From assembly GCA_030704615.1 (NCBI GenBank), contig CM060732.1:20708001-20772000 (forward strand): 64,000 nucleotides of DNA, in the 5' to 3' direction. Positions 23,295-37,300 of this stretch are shown here, piece by piece (position 1 is the stretch's first letter; each line of letters starts with the position of its first letter). Source of the DNA: Takakia lepidozioides. Taxonomy: Eukaryota; Plantae; Bryophyta. Position numbers and translations under genes: made by a program. A model generated the notes under the pieces. The model did no database searches and had not been told where the DNA came from. It saw nothing but the letters and a program-made list of their open reading frames with translations.

Positions 23295-24338
23295 ATACCT
23301 TAAAAATGGAATGTGCCATACACTTTTGCCCATAGTCTTGATGGCCTTGATAGCAGCACCTTCAAATTAGGTTAGATTTTTACTCAACACTTAAATATTT
23401 TCAGTCTCATCCTACTAACCTCTACCAAATGTTTATCCTATTCTCTCAATGTGGACCTTACCTCAACACTTTTGACATGTCGCCAATTTGTAGTTTTCTT
23501 CAAGAAGATGTAGCCAGTCAATTGTACACGCATATGAGCAACGTTAAGTCACTATATGGGCTACCTAGACCATCTGAATAAAAAGCCCATCTGTAAAGGA
23601 AAAACCCTGCCTGACTCATCAGACTGTAGATGGGTTTGGAAAGGTCCGGCAGACCATGCGACCCACTTGTAGATAATTACCAGATACTATGGCTGTTCCT
23701 TCTTGCCAACTGCTAGAGCTAGTAGCTTCAGATCACTTCCATCCGTTCAACAAGAAAAAAAGAGGCAGCCGTCCAAGGCTTTTCACTACAGAATATAATA
23801 CACAGCAGGCGCCAATGACAGGATTTGTGTAGTAATAAATTATATACCTAGAAGTAATGGTTGTTGCTATGATTGAGGCAGAACAAGTAACTGCCACCTT
23901 TATCGCTTCATTAATCTCTGGATTCCCCACTGATAGACTAAAATAATTACCTCACATTTCTGTATCAGAGGATTGTATCCCGTCCCTCAGCTCCTGGCTA
24001 AGTCCGACGAGGCTGACAAATATCTGAGGTGATCCAGTGGTTGCGCCATTCTTCCAGAGGCTGTTCAACGCAGAGAGACTCTTGTGGCACCAGCTCTCTC
24101 TACAACTGAGCTAACCAAAAGTAAAGAAAACAATATTCTCAGCTAGAGGCTTTGTTATTGCAAATTTTCACCCGTGAATGGGATCCAGATGAATTTTCCA
24201 GTCCCGCTAGAAGTGTTAACCATCAATCACCCTCTTTCATGCATTACCATTGCTGCCGTATCATGTTCACAGCAGCACTGTTGGGCAGTTGTTAGATCAC
24301 CTAAGATAGTGACAGGTACTTTTCCCTTGTTGTAAGAA

Positions 24339-27300
24339 TCAGCATGGAGACGCACCAAATTGCTTGCCTGTGGAATACCGCAGCGGAGCAGCATCATGGA
24401 CAGGGGATGGTGTGATAGAGAGGGGTCGAATTGTGTTCTGGACAGCCGAATTTTTCCGTGTCAGGCAGCCCTGGGCAGGCTTGGCAAGGAGCGAGCGGAG
24501 GATTGGGCTCACATCCTCGGTAAACTTTATCATGAGGAAGAAGATAAGTCTGTAGCCGATGACCATGCCAAAGACAACTGCCAAATCTTCCCACTTGCTT
24601 CGGTTGGTATCGATCTGATAGAGTTTCTGCACTACGTATTCTCCTGAGATGGGGGGACCAATGGACGCGCCATTGAGGATGAAGTTCTTGAAGGTCAGAC
24701 CCAGAAAATCATTTTGATACATACCCTGTCAATCAACAACCACAATCATCAGTCCCTGAGTACTGACTTACCAATCAAGCTGCATATTTTCGGTACAACA
24801 GACCCCGTGTGATGGTTGTGCACCTTTCGGACCTTGGGACCCTCAAAGCCGACGGTCAAGGCAGTTGTTCTCAAGCCAAAAGGAAATTATCCTCAAGTAT
24901 AATATGTTCACAAGGGCGCATGCTTTAAGTGAACAAACTGTAACCAAATTTCTGACAAATACTCTGAGCATAAGATCCAGATTTTCCTTGTAGATAAAGA
25001 CAGCCCTTATTAAGTAAAGATGGGGAATAGCTATCGCCTAACAAGTTCAGAAGTTGAGCTGGTGGAAAGTTGGATGTACATACCTGAAGAGCATACATAT
25101 GGAAGCCTATGTAAGACATAGGGTAGCGCCAGACGGCCTTAGGCAGATCTTTGGGGAGTCGGAAAAATCCCGCCACCAGCATATATATACCCTGAGCCAC
25201 AAACAGGGTAACATTATGCAATGACGAATATCTCTCACACACTCCCTCTACTTTATGCTGTCTACAACTGTGCAACCAGAGTCACATATATCACCATCGC
25301 ACGATAGAGTTAAAGAAGAGCAGGGCTGGAATCCACCTCATGCTGGTTGGCTACCTTTATGTCAATGCCAACCCTATGTAAACTCAAGTACTCGAGTGAA
25401 TTGTCACTGGCTTTGGTTAACAGAGTTGAAACAATCTCTGGGAATCTCAATGTATCCTATATGCCTAAGATCCTGGGCACAATTACATCTAAGAGGGTTA
25501 GTATGCAGTAAGATGCAGTGATGCAATAATACAGAAGGGTGGCTAAGGATCAGCCTGGGAGTCCAATTTGATTTGCAAAGCAGGCAGTGTACCTGAATCC
25601 CAGCACCTGTGATGATGCCCATCAGGAAGTTTGGCACCACACTAGCAACGGCCATCATGAGGCTCTCCACGCAAGCCACGCAGGCAAAAAGCATCAGCAC
25701 AAAATAGGCAAAGTGTTCCCAGCCTGGGTGCAGCTGCACCATGAAGTAACAAATACACCCCGAGATTATCGATATAAGGAACAAGAATGGGAGCGAGGAT
25801 AACGAGTTGCCTATCACGAAAGCTGCCACTCCATAGTGTCCATTGAGTCTTTCTCGACTAAACACCTGCAATCAAGGGACAATTCTTAAGTTCGTGACCA
25901 TCTACGTGGGCCCATGGAGGGAGCCCTCTCACACAAATAGATCACATATTATTGAAGAGGGATCAATTCCAGATTAAGAACCCCTAGAATTGTGGTTACA
26001 TGACAAGTGATCTCTCTCACAGGCCCCACACCGCTGCACTATTCCAAACACTGGTGTAGTAAATAATACCTTCATATCCTCCACAAATGAAGGGAAACCT
26101 CCGATAGACATAAATGTCAAGAACCCAGCTACATACGACATGCACCCTGCTCTCCCCTGCAAAAATAGAAAGGCAGAACTGAGTTTCTCACAGTTCACTT
26201 TTCAAGAACACAACATTGTAAGACATGCACCTGCTTTCCCTACAGGAAATGGCACAACTCAGATCTCACAGTTAACAGACGAACAGCAATTAGTGAGGTC
26301 TATCACAGTCTACAAGGTATTTTCACTTTCCACATGCACTCACTGGTTCCTGCCTACTGCTCAGATTTCAAAAAATCAGGGATAAGAGGGTAGAGATTGG
26401 GAGAGCCCCAGAGAATTTCAGTATGATTACTATTCACCATGTTTCCTCTAACAGTCCCTTTCCTAGAAGTCTCACCTTCAATTCAACTCTGCAGACAGAC
26501 ATTGTTTGGTAAAGCTCACAATGGCCAAATGAAAAGTCATCAAGCACAATCGCTTACCATGATTGCCGAAAAATCCAGACCAACATCGAAGTAGATAGTG
26601 CCAATGCAAACAGTGAGAAGAATGTATATAACAAGCCGCAGCCAATAATACCCAATGTCTCTGGACATATTGACGAATGACCTTCGGGTGAGAGTGAAAG
26701 CTTGCCGGAAAAAGCTTGCTTGGCTCCCACTAGCCTCCAGACTTGTACCTTCCTGAGAGACCCAACAGAGTCAGACAACATCAGGTCTAAATCATGTTTT
26801 CTGTGCCCAATAGAGTCATTTTCGGCTTGTAGCATTTGATCCTGAAGCTGAACCATGCAGTTTATTTTCTGTTGTCCACAAATTAGAATTGGAGGACTCT
26901 CCTGCTTATCTGAGGGATATTGCACTTAAATTAGGGCACATAGAAATCAGAGAATAAGATAAGCATTTGCAGAAACAAGACTGCCAGAGAAACATACAAT
27001 CTGACTGATTTCATGGACCCGAGAAAGAGCCATCATATAGAACTGTGAGTTCATATACGAGTCCACCAGTATCTTCACCACCTGGGTTGTTGTCATTCTG
27101 TCTAAGGGGTCAATGCTGCCTGCGTCAAAGTCCTGCAGCAGGATGTAGATGACATGAGAAAATGTCAGATGGAAGTTCAATTTGACAAGGTTCCAACCAC
27201 AGGTGAGACATGTCACAAGCAAACAACATATGAAAGCATAGACCCAGGTAAACTCTTAGTTTTGAGATGATTTACCCTGATTTTGAATGACCCTTTCATT

Positions 27301-29263
27301 GTGGTTTTCACTCTGTCAAAGTCAGCATTGACAGCCCGTAAGTAATGATCCGATGGATTCCGCAGTTGTGGGCATGGAAAACCTGAAGCTGCAAAATGCT
27401 GTAAGCAATTGACAAATAAATAAGTTGTTCAGTATGGGCTTTCGAGAATAGAATACTGCCAGACTAGTACTTTGTTTCCTGCATCAAGTGCAGTGAGGGG
27501 GAATATTGGGTACCTCATGGGCAGCAGCAGCTTCACCAAAGAAGATAGTCTGGCCACTTGAAAGTAGAAACAGGTTGTCAAATAAATCGAACACCTCACT
27601 GCTGGGCTGGTGGATGGAGGCAATGACAGTGCGCCCATCTCTAGATAGGTTCTTCAATGTGGTGATAACGAAGAATGCTGATGCACTGCACCACCATTCA
27701 CAAAAGATGGCCTTTCAGCACACAAATTAACAACACAGGATTTGACAGAATACATACATAGAAGGGTGCTTAGTTTCGTCGAGGGCCATTTTGCACATAT
27801 AAGGTGAAAAAATAATAGAAGTCAGAGACCTATGGATTAAATAGATCACAAGTTGAAAGTGCATGTCGCAGAGCTTCAAAATGGCTGGACACCACACTCT
27901 GGCCTACTATGCCTGCGTTCGAAGCAGAGCATCGTTTCCGGTACTTTATCAAAAAGTAAGCAGATATGCAACTGGAAGATTAGACAATCAAGCTTCAACC
28001 ACCTGTCCAGGCCACTGGTCGGCTCATCCAAGAAAAGTATTCGAGGCCGCGTCAGAATTTCCAAAGCTATGCTTACGCGCCTCTTTTCACCCCCACTCAA
28101 GCCTCGTAGATGCCAGTTGCCGATTGGAGTATTAGCACAATCATGCAGACCCATTTCAACGATCGTACTTTCTACAATTGCCTTCTTTTCAGATCGCGTC
28201 ATGCTGTCTGGGAGCCTCAGGTTTGCCGAATAATATACAGTTTCCTTCACTGTGAGAGTACCTATCAGATCATCTTGCTGTGTCACGTAGGCCTGCCCAA
28301 CAACATTCGCAAAGATTATCAAACTCCGTGACTCAGTTGTTAAGGTTGAAGACGGGTAACGTCGACATCAGCACGCCTGACTCAGTGCTCCACCATTCTC
28401 TGGAACTTCCCAAACTTCTAATGATTATGCCCCAACTCAATCAACTTGGATTTCATGAAACCGAAGAGAAGCGGCGATTACACGTCGAAGCATGGATTGA
28501 CAATGCGCCCATGTACACTACAAACGGATACAAGACGACAACAGGAAGATACAAAACTACGCAATCGCAGAAGATTTGACCTTGCAATATAAATCTGGCT
28601 ACCAAATACTTCTCAGCCTGTCCACAGAGAGACGGGATAAAAACTTACGGCCATGCCATACGATAGGGCTCTCTTGCGGCCATTCACTAGAATCTCCCCG
28701 GTCAACGTCGCGTTCTTCGAAAGCCTCCCTGAAGACGATTCATGGTCCAGATAAGCATGAACCCACTGAAGGGAGAAGAATGTAATTGAACATAGAATTG
28801 TAGAGAGGCTGGCACTGTCCTTGTGAAAAAACCGGAGATGGACCAGTTAAGGCAAACCTCGAAACCGAAGAGACAAGGGGCAGGAGAGAGAACCAACGCG
28901 AACAAACAGTACAAGACCTTGTGCCATACCTGCCAGAGAATCGAGGAGTGTTGACTTTCCGGACCCCGACGGACCCATGATAGCAAGCATCCCCCCAGGC
29001 TCTGCATATCCGGTGAGCCCATGCAGCACAGTCTGGTTCTCCCCTTTGGCATTGGTGACATTCACCCACAAATCCATCCAGGTCAGCCTTGCAGACAGGT
29101 CCGCGACGCCATCTGCAGCCTTGTCCCTCCAAACCGTTCGGCTCAGCGGACTCAACCCCCCAACTCCTCCACCCTGCCGACTCGCAGCTGGCCGTGGCTG
29201 CCCCGGGTAATACTCCCCGTGCGGCTGCCCATACCCATACCTCCCATTCATCTCCACCGCCAT
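24339..29263 (-). CDS. Half-size ABCG (WBC) transporter, ABCG11-like, canonical NBD; multi-exon
   Basis: Walker [11 protein letters not shown]-loop YVTQ, signature LSGGE, Walker [14 protein letters not shown]-loop SIHQP, TM exons ([28 protein letters not shown]). GT-AG boundaries include exons 29263-28930, 28728-28649 and 28292-28003. Stop at 24339. Confidence 0.95.
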
Positions 29264-29781
29264 CCCTCTTCAGCACGCTCACTTGCGCTCCTCCTCCACC
29301 ACCCCTGCAACACTTCAATCTTTCCCCTCACCTACACCGCTCTCCCTCCTCCCTATTTCTCATATCCACTCCCACCCCCGACTCTCTCGCCGAAAGTCAA
29401 CACAGCTTACATAGGTACAGGCACAAACAAACACCCCCGCACCTCTCCGCTGCGTGCGAGACGATGGAGCACGGCAGCTGCCAAGACATTGTCAGCCTCC
29501 TCACTCGTGGGGTGGAGGAGAGGAGAGGAGAGGAGAGGATAGGAGAGAGAGAGAGAGAGACGAGAGGCGAGATCGGCGGGAGGCCACTGACGGCGTCATC
29601 AACGCAATCAGGCCAGGGTGGCGTGGCCGTGGATGGGGCCGACCCCCTTCATTACGCCCTTTATTATACCACCTGGGTTGGCTGTGGATGAACGTACTCC
29701 GGATGAAGTGCGCCCAATTTATTATATGCGACTTTCTCCGAAATACTAATAACAGAAATCATTTGAACGAGAAACGGAAAG

Positions 29782-29893
29782 CGACGGACGTGCGTCGGTC
29801 ACCGTCGTCATCCCGTGCGGCGTCCGAGCCACCGTCGACGGCGTCCATTCGCCAGGACGCGCCGTGCGGTGACGGGAATGACGGACGTCCGTC
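29782..29893. repeat. GC-rich imperfect foldback (GACGGACGT..CGTC arms) upstream of the ABCG11-like gene
   Basis: Arms GACGGACGTGCGTC and GACGGACGTCCGTC with further imperfect pairing; similar GACGGAC-rich DNA at ~47750-47990. Confidence 0.5.
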
Positions 29894-32800
29894 AAGTGGG
29901 TGACGGCGACGCCGTCACAGGATTCGAATATCTGTCGGAGCATAATAACATGGTGTACTACAAGTCCCTAGCAGCTGATCCTTGTGCAATGTGGAGTCCA
30001 AATGCAAAACACTCGTGAAGAGAAAAAGCTTCAAGGTCTCTCCTTCCCGAACCTTATTAGTACCACAAAACATCTACTCTTTCCAACAAGGATTACAATA
30101 CCCACAGATCGTGATAGAAAATCGGAATGTTGAGTGAGTTGTGATCAGCGAAAATAGAGGGTGAGGAGGGTGGGTGGGAGCGATGGAAGCGACTTTGGCA
30201 GTGCGGTGGGTACAAGAAGCATCCATGGCGGTTGTGGTGCAGGAGACTCACCGGGGATGCAGGCGTGGGCAGTGCGTCTTGAATGCAACAACACTAATCC
30301 TGGAGCGAGGGTGTACGAGAGAGAGCGAGTGCTGCACTGGAACGGTTTCTGGGGCCGATCGAGGCGTAATGGGTGATTGCTAAATAGCAATGTGATCCGC
30401 AAGGTGCTAAGTTTATAGGTGAACAGCAAGTCTTGCACCTCAGTAGCGCACAGTTCCAATTTTAGCCCCAAAATCATCCACAGCCACAAATCTCAGTTGA
30501 CGAACAAGTGAATGTGGTGTTGTGCATGGTGGACAGACAGCGATATCCAGAACTGACATGCATCCACCCCCTAAGCGTTTTTCATTACAGTAGGTCCCGC
30601 CAGACTGTTGCCCTGACACACTGTCATGTAATTTCTCACTGCGTTCTTATCTTGAAGTTATCCCCTGTAAAACTGTCCGTTGGAAGTGATTGATAAGTAC
30701 CCATCGCTCCCACCCACCAGCAGGAACAAATAACACCAAAATCCACCTGCAAAGTAAAAAGCTTATTATATCTGAGTGGGGGGGGGGGGGGGGGTTACAA
30801 TATTGACCACATCATTTTACCCCCCAAAAAAGGGAGTTTTTGTTGGTAATTTTCAGAGGAATTTTTTGTTTAGTTAGGGTCTTTTCATTATGTTGCCCCT
30901 GCCAGTTTACGCCCTACAAATTTCAAGGTTTTCTGGTATTTGTAGCTACAGGCTGCTATGTAGTGACTTTTGGGGGGCACTGAATCCCAAAGTTTTTGTT
31001 CGGCAGGCCACATAAATTAGAAAACAAATTCAGCAACAAACTACTGCGCCGTTGAAAATGCCATCGCCGAGGGTCAGGCTGGGCCCCAACTTGCCCCTGT
31101 AAAATTTTCATCCCAATCGGAAACTTCCACCAGGTATTTTTCCGTCCTGCCATATGTTTTTCAAGCTCTGGGACTTGATTGCAGTTGAGGAGTGGTTCTC
31201 GACTGGGCCAGCCAGACTTTACCTACCCACAAATCTCCTTACGAAACGTGTGGGCAGCACATATCCACCTATGTACTATGTACATACATAGTCTGTCTGC
31301 TTCCAATCTGCAGACTGCTGATCAGATGACTAATGTATTGGGTGAGACAGAGGTATGTGTTTTTGTAGGGGTTTGAATATGATGGAGGACCACAGACCAA
31401 GTCATGGACTTGGCTGGGAATCCACCTCCGTGCTCACATCGTTACATCCGACAGCCATGCACAACTATGTTGTTGAAAGCGCCACGAGGTTTTCCACATA
31501 TGCAAGGTCTTGGTAGGTAGGAAGTCTTGATAGAATGACAAGTTACAGCTCCTGAAAAACAGATATAGAATGGGGGTCCTAATAAAATGCCCGTCATCTC
31601 CTAAATAAGAAGGTAGCCCTTTGGAGTGACCCATTTGGGAATTAGCTAATGAGCCGTCATTCCCTTCGTTCCTGCCCGTGAGAGTCGAGCCTGGCTTCTT
31701 CTTCCTCCCATAGGCGCACGTGAGCTGGCAGCCTCTCGTCAGGAACATCTCGTTGACCTCTTGTTTTACTGGAAAGAATAAGTTGGGGCGCGCCTAACGA
31801 GGGCTCCAGAGTAATGCCTCATTTATAGCACTTCACTAATCAAAGCCTGTGGATGTCCCTGGTTGGAGGCAGCTAAAAGCGAATGCAATTCGTGCCAGAG
31901 TTGGCTTTATTAGGTAGCCGCGAGGTTTCGCGAAACTCAACATTCAGCAGCAATCCGGAGAGTTTGAATCTCCTCAAGTTAGTATGGAATATAGAATTGT
32001 GACTCATCTGGCTCCCATCAATCAGCGTGGAGGAGAGAGGCCAAAAGGAAATCTATCCAAGTTGACCGTCTTTCTTAGTCAAATGCATAAAAATCACCTG
32101 TCATGTCCGTATATTCCTCATGTGCCCGGTCTGTCAGTTACAAGAGCCTATAAGCTCCTGACTTTGCTCTGCCTGAGTTAGCTCGCCATAAACCACTAGG
32201 TATCACTCGCTCAATAGTCTCAAAGACCTAACAGCAAGCAGCTATGCCCACCTTTCCATTAGAAATGATGAAGTCTAGAGCTTTGATGCATCCCTACTAC
32301 CTATCTTATTGCCCAGGAAGCGGTCTGGGAAAACTTTTCCAACCACGAGAGGATCAACAGACTCACATCAATGCCTAACTCACCTAGCTGAATGAAGGAA
32401 CTCCACGGCAAGCGGACCTAGAATCATCAGCAACACCACTTTGCAGATCAATTTAGAAACCGTTACCCCGCGAGCATAGAATGTTACAACCCAGTCACTG
32501 TTACCCGGGACGTTATAAAGTTCCGCCAACACCCGGGAGTTTTACTATTCAGGAACGCAGGCCAACCTCAACAAAAGCGAGCCTATCATGATGCTGATGG
32601 GAGCCTGATTCCACCTGCAATATACCAAATTTGAATATACACCAAGTATACAGAGTCAATCCACATGTCGTGTAGCTCATATAAGTATCTCTGCCCGCGT
32701 ATGGATTCTACTTCCATTCAAGAGAGAGGGTCCATAAAAAGTAGTGGGAATGATGAAGGGATTGAATTGGGAACTGCAGGGGCTGAGCAGCTACTACCTT

Positions 32801-33957
32801 GGGTGAGCATGCAAAACATTGAATTTAGAATTGCTGAGCTACTCTGCCCTCGGGATAGTCACACTAATCTTCCAGCCATGCACCCTCCATTCCAATTCCC
32901 AAGTAGGTGGATCCCCACTTTGGATAGAACGACAAGAGTATGGAAAACATAAGGTTTATACATGTATAACAACTAGCCATAAAAGAGGGCAGACCATGTC
33001 AATTATACCTAAATATCCGAACTAATGAGCCTAATAGAGGTCAACTTACTACATGGAAAGTAGCATTTATTCATGAATTACAGTTATTGTGAAGCATTGG
33101 ATCATGTCCTGGCGCAAAATATAACTCCTTTTTGTGACAAATATTTTGAAAACTTAGAATTAATGTTTTGAGGTTGTTGTTCAATGTATGGTTAGAGTAA
33201 GTAATAAGTATGACACCTCTCGAAGGAAGTGTAAACTATGGTGTCTCTTGACCCCCAAAGGGCTATAATACAGTTGGATTGTATGTAGAGCGGCTTCAAC
33301 CTCAGAAAACAGCAGTGCGGGCTCCGCTGGAATCAGAATCTCCGAGTCGCCATACCACACCATTGAGAGCACTAACAGTTGAGATGAGACCAAATATGTT
33401 TTTGCATCCGCCTTCCAAAAGATTTGTGACAACAAAGTTGGATGGATCAAAATTAATGGTCAACCTTTGTGGGTGCACATACCTAACAAAGGAGGTGCTG
33501 ATTCCCACCGGCTAATTGGAGGTGCATAATGACGGATAACAACTATTTTCCTAACACTTCACATATAGCACTCTTTCACTCTTTTATAGTGTAAAATTCT
33601 AAGAGTAGAAAAAAATATAACAATAGAAGAGATATAACATATATGGAGGTAATAAGTCACATTTATCCAGGGCCCACCGCATGCACATCCCAATAGTAAC
33701 TCGTTCAGGAAGTGAAGAGTTTGTTGGGGGAGTGTATCACAAAGTCGTGTAGTAGCGATGTAGCATGATTGTCTTGGCAGAGTGAATGCTGAGCATCTTG
33801 AGAGAATGATATCTGCTTTGTATCATTATGGCATGTGCCAGCAAGGTACGTAAGCAGCTTTTAGTTAGGCACTGCAGAGCTGTTGTATAACTGTTGTTCA
33901 TAAATAGTGTAAAGTGAAACAGTACAGGCACTCAACTTGCAGCTTGCAATACCTCTT

Positions 33958-34053
33958 ACGAGTTATTTACTGTACGCTGACCACCTCGTGGTTTTCGTGG
34001 GGATTGCCAGTCTGATCTCACATAGTCATATATGTGAGGTGGTGATTAGCAGC
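33958..34053 (+). ncRNA. Degenerate HDV-like ribozyme fold (candidate, probably inactive)
   Basis: P2 GCUG/CAGC, P3-L3 ACC-ACCUCGU-GGU, P1' UUUCGU pairing with ACGAG, GG for P1.1, P4 UUGCCA/UGGUGA extended by CUCACAUA/UAUGUGAG. J4/2 reads UUAG, so U sits at the catalytic C position. Confidence 0.35.
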
Positions 34054-34347
34054 TGAGGAGGGAAGAATAAGATGACACTACTTTGTAGCAAGAATGTGAC
34101 ATCTCTTGTAGATGACTGTTCGATTTGCAGCCCGCCTCTTCAAAACTTTTTCAACTTCGTGTGCATTGCAAGTAGAGCACCGTCCTGCTCGTCCTGACAC
34201 ATATCTGTCGCAACCTAGGGGCTGTATCACAGACGCTTGCATTTCTTTCACTTGTGACCCATGAAAGTTTAGATTTCTTGCACACGGTTAAGTGGCACTG
34301 TCTGTTCTAGTGCTATATGGTACAAAAGTCTCACAACGACCGCATCT

Positions 34348-37300
34348 TCAGTCATCTTCTGCGTCTTGATAAAACCGTGGACTTGAATAATTCTTGGGCT
34401 CGAGCCAGTCACAGCGTAAGAGCGAGATGCACACCAGAACACGGTACCCAATTGCCATGACTACCAAGACGAGAAGATTGAACCACTTTCCGTGCATGGG
34501 TTCTGATGCTTGGAAGGTTTGTCGCAAAGCTCCCTGGGTGTAAATCGGATGTGACGAATGTGGTGGCACCTTCTCTGAAAACCAGGTCCCCTCGTACTCA
34601 TTCCTTAGTAACCCCTGTCGATCCACCATCATACCCGTTCAGGGCTGGAGGTAAATTAGAAATGGACGACTGTTGAGGACCTTATACTGACTTGGCATTG
34701 AGCTAGGTCCAAAAGACACGTTTTTTCTGTCTGGTTGGTCAGTAAATTTGGACACTCCTACTTCAGCACTTGAAGCCTTGGAAGATGACACTGGGAGAGA
34801 TACACACACCTGGATTGCATAGGTGTGGAAAGAGAGATAGGAAGCTGGATATGTCCACACTGGCTTGGGGAGGTCTTCAGCTAACCGGAAATAGCCAGCT
34901 ACGAGCATCATCAATATCTGTTAAGATCAGAGCAAGAGAAGAACATGCCTGAAAATTTGGTTGGAAGAGGGGGCCATGTAATCAGAAGCCTGGTACCGTA
35001 CACTAGTTACCTAGTGTAGTTTCCACACAAGCATAGGTCATTGAATGCTTATCCAGCATGCTCACTTATATCTTTGCTATGTCCATAGGAATCCCAAAAG
35101 GAGACAGAGGGAGAGATTACCTGGATGCCTAGAGTGGTCACCATTCCTTCAGAAACCTTGGGTAAGAGGGATGCTGTAAATAGCATGAGGCCATCGACGA
35201 TCACCAGACAGAGGAAGATGTTGAATGCAAAGTAAATGAAGAGAGTGAAAGCTGGATGAAGCCTTATGAGGAAGTAGGAAATGAGGGAGCACACCATGGC
35301 CAGCACTAGTATGAACGGCAGAGAGGCCAGCAGGTTTGCAATAACAAACTTCACAACACCTCTGTGTCTATTAGCTCTTTCTTGAGAAACCACCTGCGAG
35401 AACAACAATGCCCAACTGAGGTTAGATATCCACATGTAAGAAACGACTTGAAGAAAGTAAATAACAAACAGCAGTTCAAAGGAGGTGTGCTTGGTGATAT
35501 CATGGGCAGAAAGGAACATCGAGGGATCGAGAAACTAACCTTCACCTCTTTGAGCATAGCAGGAAATCCTGCAATAGATAGTAATGAAAGACAGGAAACT
35601 GTGACGAAGATGGCTGATGTCCGTCCCTATGAAACACCAGCCCATCTCAACTTTAGTCACTGAATAGTATATCCAGACAAGCTGATATCATGTAGGGGGA
35701 AGTGTGGAAGTCATGACAATGTAGCAAACTGATTGAAATCACAGGGATGTGACTCCCTGGATGCGAGACCTAACAAGGAAACTTACCATGGTTTTGTCTG
35801 CCCAAAACATTACCAAATGTAAGAGCAACTGAATTCTCATGATCAAAATTGTCAAGAGGTATTTGAAGACAAAGCTCAAAGCTTTGAGCTTTGAGCGTTT
35901 GAACTTTGAGCTTTGTATTTGAGTCCTTGTGAGTGGAGGCTATGGCTATCCGTTGTGATCTGTTCGTGGCATTAAGTATCTGTCTATGTTCTTTCTCTCT
36001 TCTCTTTGTGAGGGTCAGCATTCCAAAAGAACTGGGACATAAAAGAAAGAAACTTGGTTGAACTCTAGAGAAAGAAAACTGATTGAATTATCTTGTGCAC
36101 CACATGGAGATGGGAGACTCCCTCATACAGCGTGTGTTGATACAGGGGCTGCACAAAAAGGATGTCTAAAACTATTTTGAGAGGCACATGACCAGAGTCA
36201 GATTATTACAAAGTTAATCCTCAGATTCAGAAACAGAAGAGAGCCCTGATGCTGAGAATAATGAATCGTGAAAGAAAGAAACCAAGAGGTTCATTATGTC
36301 CATAGAAGGCCAAAAGGGCCCAAGGGACAGAGAACAAGAGAAGAGAGGCAAAAAAGACAATGGGTAGTCTCATTCAGCTCTTACCCGGATAGGGTCAGCG
36401 GAATGGCCAAGACCATGGTACATGGTCCCAATGCACAGTGTGAGCACTGTGCAGAGTAGTAAGCGCAGCCAATAATAGCCAAAATCCCGCCCCATGCTGA
36501 CACATGATCTCCATGTCAGCACCACCAGAGACATCAACATCCCTGCCTTACCCTTGCTTTCCAGCATGGACCCTTCCTGAACCAAACCAGGCAACAATCT
36601 CTGACAGAATCAGTGGAAAAGACAGCAGATCTTGAAGCTGCTGTACTTTGCATCAGCCGGGGGGGTTAGAAGGAAAGGTAAGGAAAGGAACTTTATAATG
36701 TCCACCACAAAGCTCAAAGTGCTTGCAGGCAGAACAAAAGGAGTAAAAAGTTAGAACATCACGAGAAAGTAATGACAGTACAAGAGTGTTTGAATTTCAA
36801 CTAGCTGATTGTGAAATGTATGTCTGCTTTAAGAGTACAGATTATTGAGTGTGAGAAATTTCACCTTACGAATGAAGTCCTTGCATAGCAAGTCATTCAA
36901 AAGAAAGAGAATGATATCACATTGTTCCTGGAAGTTGAAGTCCAAGAAGAGATTGTACTCATAAGACGTTGTTTGCCGTAGCCTTGTGGCCATTGACCCC
37001 GCGCCCAGTTTGAGCGGGAACAAAAGGGACAGAACCTACCTCTGTCAGGGGCTGATGTTGGTAGTAAGACTTACCTCCATATAAAGAATTAATCCGGGTT
37101 TTCCAGATATCCTCTAGAAATCCCTTCACACAAGCATCAATCTGCTGTGTGTGATTTGCCCAAAAACTAGGCCTCAGGAGGGCCTGGGCTTTTGGCTCAG
37201 CCTCGAGACTTTCAAAGTTGGTAAACAGGGGTACAGGCACAATTCCCTTAATAGATTTGAAGAGAGCGTCTCTTTGGTGAGAGAACCCCGGACAGTGTAT

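Noticed and set aside
23965-24117. tRNA gene or tRNA-derived SINE on - (GGTTAGCTCAGTTGTAGAG A-box-like)
   Set aside because: No cloverleaf or properly spaced B-box, and no second copy in the window.
31380-33740. Decayed LTR-retrotransposon integrase region with a PPT-like GGGGGAG-TGT at ~33726
   Set aside because: Only faint peptide hints (LLPWV, VERL) and no paired LTRs; too weak to call.
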